DNA of 64,000 bases from an uncultured Gemmatimonadales bacterium (GTDB lineage: Bacteria; Gemmatimonadota; Gemmatimonadetes; Gemmatimonadales; Gemmatimonadaceae). The stretch covers positions 1,280,001 through 1,344,000 of the forward strand of contig CAWKMU010000003.1 of NCBI GenBank assembly GCA_963850905.1, in the 5' to 3' direction. Under the pieces are notes generated by a model. It did no database searches. It was not told the origin of the DNA and saw only the letters and a list, made by a program, of their open reading frames with translations. Position numbers and translations under genes: made by a program. Positions 30,122 to 40,000 of this stretch are shown one piece after another. Each line of letters begins with the position of its first letter. The stretch's first letter is position 1.

Positions 30122-31657
30122 GTGGCTGTCTCGGACCCTGACGCCACCGGCGATGGCGACCAGCCGGTGATCGCCAATACGCGCATTCTCGTAGCGGACG
30201 ATGATCCGGCCGTCCTGCAGACGGTCGCGTGGGTGCTGAAGGAGCAAGGCTACGACGTCAGCGCGGCCAACGGCGGGCAGGCGTTGTTCGAGCGCCTCGA
30301 GCAGGAGATGCCGGACCTGCTGCTGCTCGACGTCGCCTTGCCGGGGGCTGACAACTATCAGATGCTCGAACGCATCAAGGCGGACGATCGCTGGCGCGAC
30401 CTGCCGGTCTTGATGGTGTCGGCCCTGCCCCCGGACGAGGCCACGGTGCGCACCCTCGGTCTGGGTGCTGCGGACTTCGTGCGGAAACCCGTGCGTGTGC
30501 GGGAACTGCTCGCGCGCATCCAGGCGCAGCTGCGCGTCCGCGCGGCGTTGACGGCTGCGCGCGAGGCGCTGCGGAGCAAGGATGCAGAGCTGCAACGGGC
30601 GCGCGAGGAAGCGGAGAGTCGACGCAAGCTCGTCGACATCCTCCATGAAGTCACCGGCGACCTGTCGTCCGACGAGATCTACCATATCGTGGCGCGGCGC
30701 GTGGCGCGTGCGCTCAACATCTCGCACTGTTCCGTCATTCTGGCGCGGCCCGGTGATGAGTTCGGGGTCGTGGCGACCTCCTACGAGAATCCGCCGCTCC
30801 GCAACCTGCAGATCAACCTGGACCGGTACCCCGAGGTTCGCGCGGCGCTCGACGGCGGGTCGCCGATGCTGATCGAGGACCTGCAGACCAGCCCGCTCTA
30901 CGATCGCGTCCGTACGATCTGGCTGCGTGAGGGGATCAGCGTCGCCATCCGCTCCGTGATCGCGCTCCCGTTCACGGTGGACCGCGCGCAAGCCGGGGTA
31001 TTCTTCCTGCGGCGCACCGGTGAAGAGCCGCCACTCACGAGCGAAGATGTCGAGTTCGCCGATACGGTGATCCGCGCAGCGGTCGCAACGATCCAGCGCG
31101 CCCAGGTCATCGAGACCACGCGCGCGGACAACGCGCGGCTGGAAGCGCTCGCCCACACGGACCCGCTGACGCAGGTCCTCAACCGGCGCGCGCTCACCCT
31201 GCGTCTCACGTCGGAGATCGATCGCGCGCGGCGCTACAACTCGGTGTTGACGCTGCTCATGATCGATCTCGATCACTTCAAGCGGGTCAACGACACTTAC
31301 GGTCATCTCACCGGGGACGACGCCTTGCGCGAGGTGGCGGCACTTCTGCAACACGCGGTGCGTAGCGTCGACGTGGTCGCCCGGTACGGTGGCGAGGAAT
31401 TCATCGTCGTGCTGCCGGAGACGGCAGAGGCGGGCGCGGTTGCGTTCGCAGAGCGCATTCGCGAACGCATCGCGGACCAGGCCTTCGCGGTCATCTCGGC
31501 GCCAGGTCCCTCCGGTGCGGGTCTGCGATTGACGGGGAGCATTGGAGTCGCCACGTTCCCCAGTCCGCGCGTGGACTCCGCGGAAGATCTGTTTGCCCAA
31601 GCGGACGCCGCGCTCTATCGGGCCAAATCCGAAGGACGGAACCGCGTTCGGATATAA
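30122..31657 (+). CDS. REC-GAF-GGDEF diguanylate cyclase
   Basis: ILVADDD…LLLDV…RKP receiver, GAF, RSVD I-site, GGEEF. Confidence 0.92.
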   Translation: MAVSDPDATGDGDQPVIANTRILVADDDPAVLQTVAWVLKEQGYDVSAANGGQALFERLEQEMPDLLLLDVALPGADNYQMLERIKADDRWRDLPVLMVSALPPDEATVRTLGLGAADFVRKPVRVRELLARIQAQLRVRAALTAAREALRSKDAELQRAREEAESRRKLVDILHEVTGDLSSDEIYHIVARRVARALNISHCSVILARPGDEFGVVATSYENPPLRNLQINLDRYPEVRAALDGGSPMLIEDLQTSPLYDRVRTIWLREGISVAIRSVIALPFTVDRAQAGVFFLRRTGEEPPLTSEDVEFADTVIRAAVATIQRAQVIETTRADNARLEALAHTDPLTQVLNRRALTLRLTSEIDRARRYNSVLTLLMIDLDHFKRVNDTYGHLTGDDALREVAALLQHAVRSVDVVARYGGEEFIVVLPETAEAGAVAFAERIRERIADQAFAVISAPGPSGAGLRLTGSIGVATFPSPRVDSAEDLFAQADAALYRAKSEGRNRVRI

Positions 31658-32221
31658 GTGACGACGCAGCGGTCCGAACCGCCCGCGCGTCTTCGGATCG
31701 GCGGCAGATTCGGGGTCGTATTCGTCGCTGCTGTGGTGTTCCTCGCCTCGGCGTCCGAGCGCGGATGGGCGCAGCAACTCGAGCCGAGCAATCGGCCGAG
31801 CGTCGACAGCGCGGGCATTCGCGTGCCGATCGAGCCGGATCCCGTGCTGACGCCGGGTGCGACGCTCCCGGTCACGGTCGAAGACATCTGCGCGAGCGGC
31901 TACACCCGCAAGGTGCGCAACGTGCCGGCCGAGGTGAAACGCGACGTGTACCGACGGTACGGTATTCGACACCATTGGAAGGGCGAGTTCGAGATGGACC
32001 ACCTCATCAGCCTCGAGCTCGGCGGTTCCAACTCGGAGCGGAACCTGTGGCCGGAATCGAACTGGACGATGCCATGGAACGCGCGGGCCAAAGACGCTCT
32101 CGAGAATGCGCTCCACCGCGAGGTCTGCACCAGCCGCGTTCCTCTTGCGACCGCACAGCACGAGATTGCGAGTGACTGGATCGCGGCCTACAAGAAATAC
32201 GTGAGAAAAGAAAGACGTTAG
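31658..32221 (+). CDS. Exported HNH-like nuclease family protein
   Basis: Signal-like N-terminus; EMDHLISLELGGSNSERNLWPE…KDALEN. Confidence 0.75.
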   Translation: MTTQRSEPPARLRIGGRFGVVFVAAVVFLASASERGWAQQLEPSNRPSVDSAGIRVPIEPDPVLTPGATLPVTVEDICASGYTRKVRNVPAEVKRDVYRRYGIRHHWKGEFEMDHLISLELGGSNSERNLWPESNWTMPWNARAKDALENALHREVCTSRVPLATAQHEIASDWIAAYKKYVRKERR

Positions 32222-32318
32222 ACGTTGGACGCTAAAGAAAACCCTCGACGGCGACTGACAGTGCATGTAGCAGCGCCGAAGGTTTGCTCTCCAACGTCTA
32301 ACGTCCACGTCCAAGACC
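32214..32318. repeat. Heptamer-armed palindromic element (GACGTTR arms)
   Basis: gacgtta gacgttg gacgcta … aaaccctcga … ggtttgctctc caacgtc taacgtc. Confidence 0.75.
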
Positions 32319-32358
32319 TACTTCCCTCCCGCCTGCTGGCGCGCCACACCCATCGACC

Positions 32359-32685
32359 ATGGCCGCAAACAAGAAGCTCACCGGCGTGCTCGTCGGACGC
32401 ACTGCCGTCCGCGTCGATCAGGATGGCGCGACCGTGACCGTGCAATTCGACGACGGCTCGGTCATGACCGTCCAGACCGCGCAGGACGCCGCGGCCGCGC
32501 AGGCCGGAAGTGCGACCACACCGGGCGGTTCCGGTGCGCTCGGGCGCGTCCGGGGCGTCCGCCAGCAAGGCACGACGCTCGATCTCGACTTTGAGACGGG
32601 GGCCACGCTCACCTTGCGGACCGCAGAGCCCACGTCGAGTGTAATAGTTCGAACCCGGGACCGTACCCTGGAGTACGCCGACTGA
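32359..32685 (+). CDS. Hypothetical protein
   Basis: 108 aa with internal duplication (VDQDGATVTVQFDDG / VRQQGTTLDLDFETG). Confidence 0.7.
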   Translation: MAANKKLTGVLVGRTAVRVDQDGATVTVQFDDGSVMTVQTAQDAAAAQAGSATTPGGSGALGRVRGVRQQGTTLDLDFETGATLTLRTAEPTSSVIVRTRDRTLEYAD

Positions 32686-32746
32686 GTCGACGCGCCCGCG
32701 GGGCCGTTTCGGGTCGGGGTGGACCGACCACTAGATTTCGCGCCCC

Positions 32747-33946
32747 ATGAGTCCTCGTTGTCCAGTCTGTGGGACCACGTTTGCCGATGGTGCTCGCTAT
32801 TGCACGCGTGACGGTGCCGTTTTGACCTTTGGCGACGCACGCCCAGATGGCGCGCCAGCGCCGGCTTCACGTGCCCCGGTTGACGGGAGCCGTCGAGGCC
32901 GACCCGTCTCGGGCAAGCCCGGGACGGGCCGCACGCATGTCGCGAAGCGTCCCCACGCAGCACGTTCGCGCGGCACGGCCAGACCGGGTGCGAACGCGAA
33001 GGCGGGGGCCGCACAGGCCGAGGCACCGGCGTTGCCAGCGCACGCCACACTCGCGGGGCGGACCATCGACGATCGGTACCAGATCGATCGCAAGGTGGGT
33101 GAGGGTGGGATGTCGTTTGTGTATCTCGCGACGGACCTGACGAACGGCGAACGCCGCGCCATGAAAGTGCTGTCGCCCAGCTTGTCGCGCGATCAGAATG
33201 CGGTCGCGCGGCTCGGGCGCGAGGCCGAGCTGGCGGGCCGAGTGCGTCACCCCAACGTCTGCCATATCGAGCACATCGGTCACACGGCCGACGGGCTGGT
33301 CTACGTCGTGATGCCATTTCTCGAAGGGGAGATTCTCGCCGACCGGACGTACCGTCTCGGCCAGATCCCGCTCGAAGAGGCGGTCGTGTACGTGGCCGAC
33401 ATCTCCGCCGGACTCCAGGCTGCGCATGACGAGCACATCGTTCACCGGGATCTCAAGCCCGAGAACGTGATGATCACGCGCGGCGCTGATGGCCTGGACC
33501 ACGCCACCGTGATGGATTTCGGCTTGGCCAAGGAGCGGCGTGCCGGCCCGGAGCTCGAGAGGCTGACTGCGACCGGCATCGTGCTCGGCACTCCGGAGTT
33601 CATGAGTCCGGAACAGCTTCGCGGCAAGACGCTCGACGGGCGCTCCGACGTCTACGCCCTGGGCCTCATCACCGTCGAGATGCTCACGGGCACGTTGCCG
33701 TTCGCCGGTAAGTCGCAGCAGGAGTTGATGCTCGCTCGATTGCGCAACGAACCCACGCCCATACGCAAGATCCGGCCCGACCTCGCGCTCCCCGCGAGCG
33801 TCGAGCGAATCCTTCTCAAGGCCTTGTCGCGGAATCCCGACGATCGATATGCCACGGCGCCGGAACTCGCGGCCGCCCTGCAGGCGGCATGTCGTCCGGG
33901 CGCGCTCGGCAATACTGCACAGGTGCTGAAGAAATGGTTTGGATGA
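32747..33946 (+). CDS. Hanks-type Ser/Thr protein kinase with N-terminal zinc ribbon
   Basis: CPVC…CTRD, GEGGM, AMK, HRDLKPEN, DFG, GTPEFMSPEQ; no TM. Confidence 0.93.
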   Translation: MSPRCPVCGTTFADGARYCTRDGAVLTFGDARPDGAPAPASRAPVDGSRRGRPVSGKPGTGRTHVAKRPHAARSRGTARPGANAKAGAAQAEAPALPAHATLAGRTIDDRYQIDRKVGEGGMSFVYLATDLTNGERRAMKVLSPSLSRDQNAVARLGREAELAGRVRHPNVCHIEHIGHTADGLVYVVMPFLEGEILADRTYRLGQIPLEEAVVYVADISAGLQAAHDEHIVHRDLKPENVMITRGADGLDHATVMDFGLAKERRAGPELERLTATGIVLGTPEFMSPEQLRGKTLDGRSDVYALGLITVEMLTGTLPFAGKSQQELMLARLRNEPTPIRKIRPDLALPASVERILLKALSRNPDDRYATAPELAAALQAACRPGALGNTAQVLKKWFG

Positions 33947-35532
33947 CACACCACACTGAGGGCCGACGCCCCGTTGGCCGTACCCGATCCTCCGCTCGCG
34001 CAGCGTCGATAGGATCGCGTCGCACGATCGCTCTTCTGCTCACCGCTGGCGGACTGCTTGCCAGCGTGGCATCGCTCGGGGCACAGCAGGCATCCGCGGC
34101 AAAATCGAAGGCCAAGTCGACCAAGGATAGCGCGAGCGCCACCGCCGCCAAGCCGGACACGGTGCAGCATTTCTCTGGCGTGATCGGCGTCGCCGTCGAC
34201 AGCCTGCATGGGATGAGCCTCGGGGGGGCGACCGTGTCGGTCGTGGGAACCAACCGACAGGGTACGACCGATGCGCAGGGCGAATTCCGGATCGACAGCG
34301 TGCCGCCGGGCGAGTATCGCCTGTCGTTGTCACACCCCGAGCTGGATACTCTGGGTCTCGCGGTCGCGACGCAGCCGATCGCGATGCCGGTGGGGCGGTA
34401 TGCGGTCGTGCGCCTCGCGACGCCGTCGCAGTCCGCCGTTCTCAACCTGTATTGTCCGAAGGAGAAGATGCGCAGCGGCCCCGTCGCGGTGGTCGGGCGC
34501 GTGCTCGATGCCGACACCGACGCGCCAGACTCCGGCGCGCGAGTCTCGCTCGACTGGACGCAACTCGATGTCGGTGCCGCGATCGGCGTCAAACACATTC
34601 CGGTCGTGCGTACCGGAAGCGTCGACGACCATGGCGTGTTCGTCATCTGCGGCGTGCCCGGCAACGTCAAAGCGGCGCTGCGCGCGTCGCTTGGCAGGGA
34701 GATCACTGCGGCCGTGCCGGTCAATACGCAGGATCAGATGCTCATCATCACGATGCTGCACGTCGCCCATCCCGACACCGCTCGGGTCGTGGTCGCGACC
34801 AATCCCGCGCCGGGAGGCTCGGCCACGAAAGCGGTTGCGGTCGCAGCGGGGCTCAAGACGGGTCGCGCCGCGATCTCAGGACGGGTGACAGACCAGATGG
34901 GCAAGCCGCTTCAGGGCGTGAACTTGAGCGTCGAGGGCGCGGCGCCGAACACGAACACGAACGCGGATGGGACGTACACCTTGCGAGGGTTGCCCGCGGG
35001 GACGCAAGCGCTCGTGGTCCGGCACGTCGGCTACGCCATGCAGGATGTCACCGTGGATCTCTCGAACGTTACGGAGCGCCGCGCCGACGTGAAGATGATG
35101 CCTGCCCCACCCATGCTGGCCGCGGTCACCGTCGAGGGCAAACGCGATAAGGGGCTCCGCGACGTCGGCTTCTCGACTCGTTATAAAGCGGGTCTCGGTC
35201 AATACGTCACCGAGGACCAGATCGCGCAGAGACAACCCATGCAGATGACGGATCTGTTCACGCAGATGCGCGGCATCCGCATGGACTACTCGAGCGGGTA
35301 TCCGATGATCACCGACAGCCGCGACGCGAGCGGCGGGTGTGTGAGCTACGTGATCGACGGCGTTCCGCAGCAGATGCCGGATCCACAGGACTTCAACGAC
35401 TTCATACACCCGGACGAGGTGTCGGCGGTCGAGGTCTACACCGCCGCCGAGGCCCCTGCGCAGTTCCAGACCGGCGGGAGCTCGAGCTGCGTGGTGATTG
35501 TGATTTGGACGAAGACGAAGATCGGGGGATGA
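33943..35532 (+). CDS. Exported protein: carboxypeptidase-regulatory-like repeats plus TonB-plug-like domain, no barrel
   Basis: Signal peptide, three G-x-V-x-D beta-sandwich repeats, YVIDG…VEVY…CVVIVIWTK end. Confidence 0.75.
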   Translation: MTHHTEGRRPVGRTRSSARAASIGSRRTIALLLTAGGLLASVASLGAQQASAAKSKAKSTKDSASATAAKPDTVQHFSGVIGVAVDSLHGMSLGGATVSVVGTNRQGTTDAQGEFRIDSVPPGEYRLSLSHPELDTLGLAVATQPIAMPVGRYAVVRLATPSQSAVLNLYCPKEKMRSGPVAVVGRVLDADTDAPDSGARVSLDWTQLDVGAAIGVKHIPVVRTGSVDDHGVFVICGVPGNVKAALRASLGREITAAVPVNTQDQMLIITMLHVAHPDTARVVVATNPAPGGSATKAVAVAAGLKTGRAAISGRVTDQMGKPLQGVNLSVEGAAPNTNTNADGTYTLRGLPAGTQALVVRHVGYAMQDVTVDLSNVTERRADVKMMPAPPMLAAVTVEGKRDKGLRDVGFSTRYKAGLGQYVTEDQIAQRQPMQMTDLFTQMRGIRMDYSSGYPMITDSRDASGGCVSYVIDGVPQQMPDPQDFNDFIHPDEVSAVEVYTAAEAPAQFQTGGSSSCVVIVIWTKTKIGG

Positions 35533-35547
35533 GACCGAGGACGTCTT

Positions 35548-36696
35548 TCAGTCCTTCGTCTCTTTTATCACCACGCCGCGCTTCGCAAGCTCCGCGATGT
35601 ATTGAGGGGCGGGCACGCACTCGTCCGGGGTGTGCACGCCCGGCGGGGTGATCTCGCCACGGGCCTGCATCTGACCGGTGATCGAGAGCGAGTAGCCGGT
35701 CGTCCGCATCATGGCGCTGATGTGGTGTGCGGCGTCGTAGAAGTCGATGAGCTCCCAGCCGAGTCGCGTTGGCCGGCCATTGCGCGTGCCTTCCACCTGG
35801 ACGCGCATCGCGACGAGGTCTCGGCCTTCCGGCTTCGTTAGGCGTTGGCCCAGGACGGTTGTTGCGAGGTCGCGGGGAATGATTTTCACGCCCTTGACCT
35901 CGACCGGAGCGAGATCGAGGAATCCGAGGTCGCGAATGGCCTCCATGATGTGGGCGTGACCGGGGTATCGGAGCGTCTTGTACTCCATCGTCGGGATGCG
36001 ACCCTCGTACCGGAACGCCAGCGTGGAGAGCCCGCCGGCCGTATGGAAGGCTTCGAGTGCTCCGACGGGTGCCGGAAACGCCACAGCCTCGCGTTCGGAC
36101 AGCGCGCGGACGTGCTGTCGCTTGCCGTCGCGCAACACCCACGACAGCGTCGTGTAGTAGTCGAGCACCCCCTCCAGGGAGTAGACGACCTGGTAATTCA
36201 ACGGCGGCTCCGGTCGTTGCGGCAGGCCACCGACGAAGATGCGGACGCTCGAGACGGCATCGAGCTGCGAGATGCCATACTGCGCCAGGATGTTCACCAT
36301 GCCGGGTGCCAGTCCGCAGTCGGGGATCACCGTGACCCCCTGCGCGCGCGCGGCTGCGGCGAGCTCCCTTTGCTGGAACACGATCTCGGTATTGCCGCCA
36401 AGATCGCAGAAGTGGACGCCGGCTTCGACGGCGAGCCGCGCCAGCTCGAAGTTGAAGTAGTAGGGGATCGCGCTCATCACGGCGTCGCACTCGCGCATGA
36501 GCGCGCGAACGGCTTCGGCGTCGCGGACGTCGACGCGCGTGGGGAAGAGGCGAGAGCCCGAGTAGGGGGCAAGGAACTCGGGTATGTGATCGACGTGCAG
36601 ATCAGCGATCCGCACGGTCGAGACCTCAGGGTTCTGCAACAGATCGTAGGCACAGGCCGAGCCTTGCAGCCCGCGTCCGAGGACGAGCATGCGCAT
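35548..36696 (-). CDS. Saccharopine dehydrogenase / lysine 6-dehydrogenase family
   Basis: LGRGLQG, DLGGN, DCGLAPG, VGGLP, EYKTLRYPGH, AMMRTTG. Confidence 0.9.
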   Translation of the reverse strand: MRMLVLGRGLQGSACAYDLLQNPEVSTVRIADLHVDHIPEFLAPYSGSRLFPTRVDVRDAEAVRALMRECDAVMSAIPYYFNFELARLAVEAGVHFCDLGGNTEIVFQQRELAAAARAQGVTVIPDCGLAPGMVNILAQYGISQLDAVSSVRIFVGGLPQRPEPPLNYQVVYSLEGVLDYYTTLSWVLRDGKRQHVRALSEREAVAFPAPVGALEAFHTAGGLSTLAFRYEGRIPTMEYKTLRYPGHAHIMEAIRDLGFLDLAPVEVKGVKIIPRDLATTVLGQRLTKPEGRDLVAMRVQVEGTRNGRPTRLGWELIDFYDAAHHISAMMRTTGYSLSITGQMQARGEITPPGVHTPDECVPAPQYIAELAKRGVVIKETKD

Positions 36697-36758
36697 GTGA
36701 CGTGTGACTCCTTGACTGATTGACGCCGTGAACGGCAGCCATCAAAAATAGTCTGTTG

Positions 36759-36864
36759 GACGTTAGACGTTGGAAGGGAAACCTCGAGGCCCGCCACGAT
36801 GCACCCAGCTGGTCCTCGAGGTTTGTTCCAGCGTCCAGCGCCCAGCGTCCAGCGTCTAGCGTCC
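36759..36864. repeat. Heptamer-armed palindromic element
   Basis: gacgtta gacgttg … aaacctcgagg/cctcgaggttt … cagcgtc-like x5; includes the stop codon at 36856-36858. Confidence 0.8.
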
Positions 36865-37308
36865 GCTACCTGCCCTATTCTCTATCTCGATGAGTAGGCA
36901 CCGGTCCATCACCACATCGATCCCCGCCGCGGTCAGCTCTTCGGCTGCGGCGTCGTTGCGGATGCCGAGTTGCATCCACACGACCCGAGGGTGCGCGGCG
37001 ATCATGTCCGGCACGTGGGGCGGCACGTCGTGGCTCTTGCGGAAGACATTCACGACGTCAATGGGTCCGGGCACGTCGACGAGACGGCGATAGACGCCTT
37101 GTCCGAGGATCTCCGTCACCTCGGGGTAGTAGACCGGGACGGGCACGATCTCGTAGCCCACGCGCTGCACATACTCGGGGACGTAGTATGCCGGCTTCCC
37201 CGTCCAGGACGGCTTGATGCCGAGCACCGCGATCCGGCGCGCGGTCTCGAGCACAGGCGTGATGTCGTCGGTCGATGCGAGGATCCGTCCGCGCGCGCCT
37301 GCCGTCAT
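36856..37308 (-). CDS. CoA-binding protein (YccU-like)
   Basis: IAVLG, IDVVNVFR, WMQLGI, VVMDRC. Confidence 0.9.
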   Translation of the reverse strand: MTAGARGRILASTDDITPVLETARRIAVLGIKPSWTGKPAYYVPEYVQRVGYEIVPVPVYYPEVTEILGQGVYRRLVDVPGPIDVVNVFRKSHDVPPHVPDMIAAHPRVVWMQLGIRNDAAAEELTAAGIDVVMDRCLLIEIENRAGSGR

Positions 37309-38564
37309 CCCGGACTCAATGCATCCTCGCGATAGACGAGCCAGCCGGCTTGCTCTTCGGCGACCAGCTCGACTTCGGTGCCGAGCGGCAGGGTCAGATT
37401 CGGTACTTCGTGACCGGCGGGGAAATCGGTGAGGATCGGAATGTCGAGATCTGCGAGCAAGTCAGTGAGAAAGTCCTCGAATTCGTCTTCTTCCGATCGG
37501 TCCAGCGACAGCTGGCCGAACACGACTCCTCGGACATTGCGCAGCAGTCCGGCGGCTCGCAGGTGCACGAGTCGCTCGTCGGCCACTGACATCGGGTCGC
37601 GGGTCTCCTCCAGGAAGAGGATCGCGTCGCGCGTATCGATCTCATAGGGCGTGCCGATCGATTGTTGCACCAGCGACAGATTGCCGCCGGTCAGCCGACC
37701 GACGGCGCGCCCGGGTCGCACGACGCGGGCGATGCCGCGCCCGATGCGCGCGGTGGGGCGCGGTGTGGTCAGGGCCGCCACCAACGAGGCCATCGTCGGG
37801 TCGCGGGCACTCGGAATGAGATCATCCACTGTCGGTCCGTGGAACACACGGAGGCCCGCGCGCCGTATCAGCCAGAGGTGCAGGGCCGTCACATCGGAGT
37901 AGCCTACGAACGACTTCGGGTTGAGCCGGAAGATCTCGGGCTCGAGATGTGGGAGCATGCGAACTGCCCCATATCCGCCAGTGCCGCCCATCACGACCTT
38001 GACTCGCGGGTTGAGCCACATCCCCATGAAGTTTTCGGCGCGCCGCTCGTCTTCCTCGCGCTGGAAGCGGCGCAGGGTCCCGAGGTCGGAGTCGAGAATG
38101 ACGTTGTAACCGAGTCGTTCGAGTGCCTTGACGCCACGCGCGAGCCAGCCAGGCCGCGGCGCATATGAGGGCGCGACGACTCCAATGCCGTCCCCTTTGA
38201 CGAGCGGCGGGGGACGCAGGAGTGGGGGGTGCGTGGCGATCGGCAGGATTGCGGGCGCCGGGGGAACAGCAGACACAACGATGTCGGGCGCTGGCGGCTC
38301 AGCGAGGACTGTCTCGTGCTGATCGAGATCCCGGGGCATGGCGTCAGCCGGCGCGGCCGGTGCGCTGACATCGGCCGCCGCGCCATCGAGCGGGGTCAGC
38401 AGCGCCGCTACTCCGGTCCCGGCATCCTGGGACGGGGGTTGTGGCGCGCCGGGCGCGGCAGATGGGGTCTGGGGGAGCAGGGGGGCCGAAGGCTGTGGTG
38501 GGTGCGCTCCACCCGAGGATGCGGGCGAGGCGCGGGGAGGCCGGCCAAGAGGCTGCGATGGCAA
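37305..38564 (-). CDS. LD-carboxypeptidase (peptidase S66, LdcA/MccF family)
   Basis: GGYG, GYSDVT, GGNL, LFLEE, AGH; long Pro-rich N-terminus, start uncertain (ATG 38339 possible). Confidence 0.9.
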   Translation of the reverse strand: MPSQPLGRPPRASPASSGGAHPPQPSAPLLPQTPSAAPGAPQPPSQDAGTGVAALLTPLDGAAADVSAPAAPADAMPRDLDQHETVLAEPPAPDIVVSAVPPAPAILPIATHPPLLRPPPLVKGDGIGVVAPSYAPRPGWLARGVKALERLGYNVILDSDLGTLRRFQREEDERRAENFMGMWLNPRVKVVMGGTGGYGAVRMLPHLEPEIFRLNPKSFVGYSDVTALHLWLIRRAGLRVFHGPTVDDLIPSARDPTMASLVAALTTPRPTARIGRGIARVVRPGRAVGRLTGGNLSLVQQSIGTPYEIDTRDAILFLEETRDPMSVADERLVHLRAAGLLRNVRGVVFGQLSLDRSEEDEFEDFLTDLLADLDIPILTDFPAGHEVPNLTLPLGTEVELVAEEQAGWLVYREDALSPG

Positions 38565-38710
38565 CGTAGGGCACGGGCGGGGCCAAGAAAAGCAGCGGTG
38601 GGGTAGAAGGCTTGAAATGACGATTGAGCGGGCTAAGTGGGGTGCGGCCGGTAGGAAACATTTGGTTGTGGCCTAACTCCCGGCCCGCCTGCCCCTCTAC
38701 ATTCCGACCC

Positions 38711-39916
38711 ATGAGCGCCTCCGAGACAGCGGCCAGCTACTTCCGCAAGGGCTTCGGACTCAAGGCCCAGGTGCAGGATGCCCTGACGAGCGACTATTCG
38801 GGGCGATTGGTGGATCTGCTGCGGGAGCGGGACTACGTGCTCACCGCCGGTGATCTGACGGTACAGCTCGCGCGGCAATTCGGATTTTGCTACGGGGTCG
38901 AGCGGGCCGTCGAGTACGCGTATCAGACGCGGACCAAGTTCCCCGACCGCCGCATTTTCCTGGCAGGCGAGATCATTCACAACCCGCACGTGAACGCCAA
39001 GCTGGGCACCATGGGCATCCTGTTTCTTCGCCCGGGCCCTGGTGGATTCGATTTCTCGCAGGTCGAGCCGCAAGACGTGGTGATCGTTCCGGCGTTCGGT
39101 GTGACGATCGGCGACTTCCAAACGCTGCGAGAAAAGGGTGTCGTGGTCGTCGATACGACCTGTGGCTCGGTGCTCAACGTCTGGAAACGCGTCGACAGCT
39201 ACGCCCGCGACGGGTTCACGTCGCTCATCCACGGCAAGTACTATCACGAGGAGACGCGTGCGACCGCGTCGCAGGTCTCCAAGTACCCGGGGAGCGCGTA
39301 CCTCGTGGTCCGCGACATGGATGAGGCGCAGATCGTGTGCGACTACATAGAGGGGCGCGGTGATCGGGCCGCCTTTCTCGAGCGCTTCACTCGCGCGGCG
39401 TCGCCCGAGTTCGATCCAGACCGCGATCTCCAGCGGATGGGTGTGGCCAACCAGACGACGATGCTCGCGCGCGAGTCGCTGGCGATCGCGGAGCGGGTGG
39501 GAGAAGCGTTTACGCGCGGGCGCGGTGCCGAATATCGAGCCGGCAACTTCCGTACGTTCGATACGATCTGCAGCGCGACGCAGGATCGCCAGGACGCCGT
39601 CGAGGCGCTGCTCCAGGAGCCGCTGGACATCATGCTCGTCGTCGGTGGATATAACTCGAGCAACACCATCTCGCTCGCCGCGATTTGTGGGGCGCGTGTG
39701 CGGACGTACCACATCGAGGACGCCGAGTGCCTCAACGTGGCGTCGCACTCGATTCGGCACCGGCCGATTGGCAGCACGGAGGAAATCGTCGTGGCGGACT
39801 GGCTTCCTGCCGGTCCGATGCGCGTTGGGATTACGGCGGGCGCGAGTACCCCCAACAACAAGATCGGAGAGACCGTCGCGCGCGTGTTTGCGACCCGCGG
39901 GTTCGAGCTGGAATAG
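38711..39916 (+). CDS. ispH: 4-hydroxy-3-methylbut-2-enyl diphosphate reductase
   Basis: FGFCYGVERA, IIHNP, DTTC, HEE, TICSATQDRQ, NSSNT, TAGASTP. Confidence 0.96.
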   Translation: MSASETAASYFRKGFGLKAQVQDALTSDYSGRLVDLLRERDYVLTAGDLTVQLARQFGFCYGVERAVEYAYQTRTKFPDRRIFLAGEIIHNPHVNAKLGTMGILFLRPGPGGFDFSQVEPQDVVIVPAFGVTIGDFQTLREKGVVVVDTTCGSVLNVWKRVDSYARDGFTSLIHGKYYHEETRATASQVSKYPGSAYLVVRDMDEAQIVCDYIEGRGDRAAFLERFTRAASPEFDPDRDLQRMGVANQTTMLARESLAIAERVGEAFTRGRGAEYRAGNFRTFDTICSATQDRQDAVEALLQEPLDIMLVVGGYNSSNTISLAAICGARVRTYHIEDAECLNVASHSIRHRPIGSTEEIVVADWLPAGPMRVGITAGASTPNNKIGETVARVFATRGFELE

Positions 39917-40000
39917 CGCCTGAACCCGTTGCACGATGTGCGCTGTAACGTCTAAGGTCTACCGGTTGCCGCTGCAGTCGGCGATCGTGTCTGTTGACCT

